Position numbers and translations under genes: made by a program. A stretch of 64,000 nt of DNA from Hydrolagus affinis. Its lineage: Eukaryota. How positions within the stretch are numbered: the first letter of the stretch is position 1; every line of letters starts with the position of its first letter. The notes below the pieces were generated by a model that had not been told where the DNA came from, searched no databases, and saw nothing but the letters and a program-made list of their open reading frames with translations. The stretch spans positions 1 to 64,000 of the forward strand of contig JAAILG010001075.1 in NCBI GenBank assembly GCA_012026655.1, read 5' to 3'. This document shows positions 63,826 through 64,000 of the stretch, one piece after another.

Positions 63826-64000
63826 AGGAATGTCCTTTGTTTCATTCTCTTGTTATATTGCTACAGTTGGCCTATGCCACTGGTTTTGGAGTGGATCAAG
63901 GGGAGGTGAAAACAGAAATAATTGTCATTGAAGACTTAAGGTGGAGATTAAAACAAACAGAGCAGTATTAAATCACAGAATCTTTACCACAATGGTTAAT

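Noticed and set aside
55800-64000. A neighbouring gene downstream of CAMK2G
   Set aside because: Only repeats and AT-rich sequence are recognisable, and I could not support an exon on either strand.

Overview
This is eukaryotic (vertebrate) genomic DNA, not a prokaryotic locus. The window holds the 3' three quarters of a plus-strand Ca2+/calmodulin-dependent protein kinase II gamma gene (CAMK2G). Sixteen coding exons can be spliced by hand with canonical AG/GT ends and compatible phases. They run from the HRD-motif exon (3397) through the kinase C-lobe, the regulatory segment (RQET autophosphorylation site, CaM-binding site), the variable-linker cassettes (including the KRKSSSSVHLM NLS exon) and the hub domain to the stop at 52254-52256. 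A 3'UTR intron and a non-coding last exon from 52713 follow. The first five exons are not visible and presumably lie upstream. The introns and the last ~8 kb carry tRNA-derived Deu-domain SINEs, L2 and CR1 LINE ends and small non-autonomous DNA transposons. This repeat set points to a cartilaginous fish, most likely a chimaera such as the elephant shark (inferred from remembered repeat consensus, not from a search). Nearly all ORFs in the supplied track are spurious intronic ORFs. I found no convincing wholly new biological system. The best leads are: a candidate 84-nt proline-rich cassette exon (43446-43529); a 258-bp foldback element with a 9-bp TSD and an internal telomere-like core (59180-59437); a ~110-nt intronic hairpin (11712-11826); NOVA-type YCAY clusters after two cassette exons; and several candidate microexons and poison exons in the linker region.
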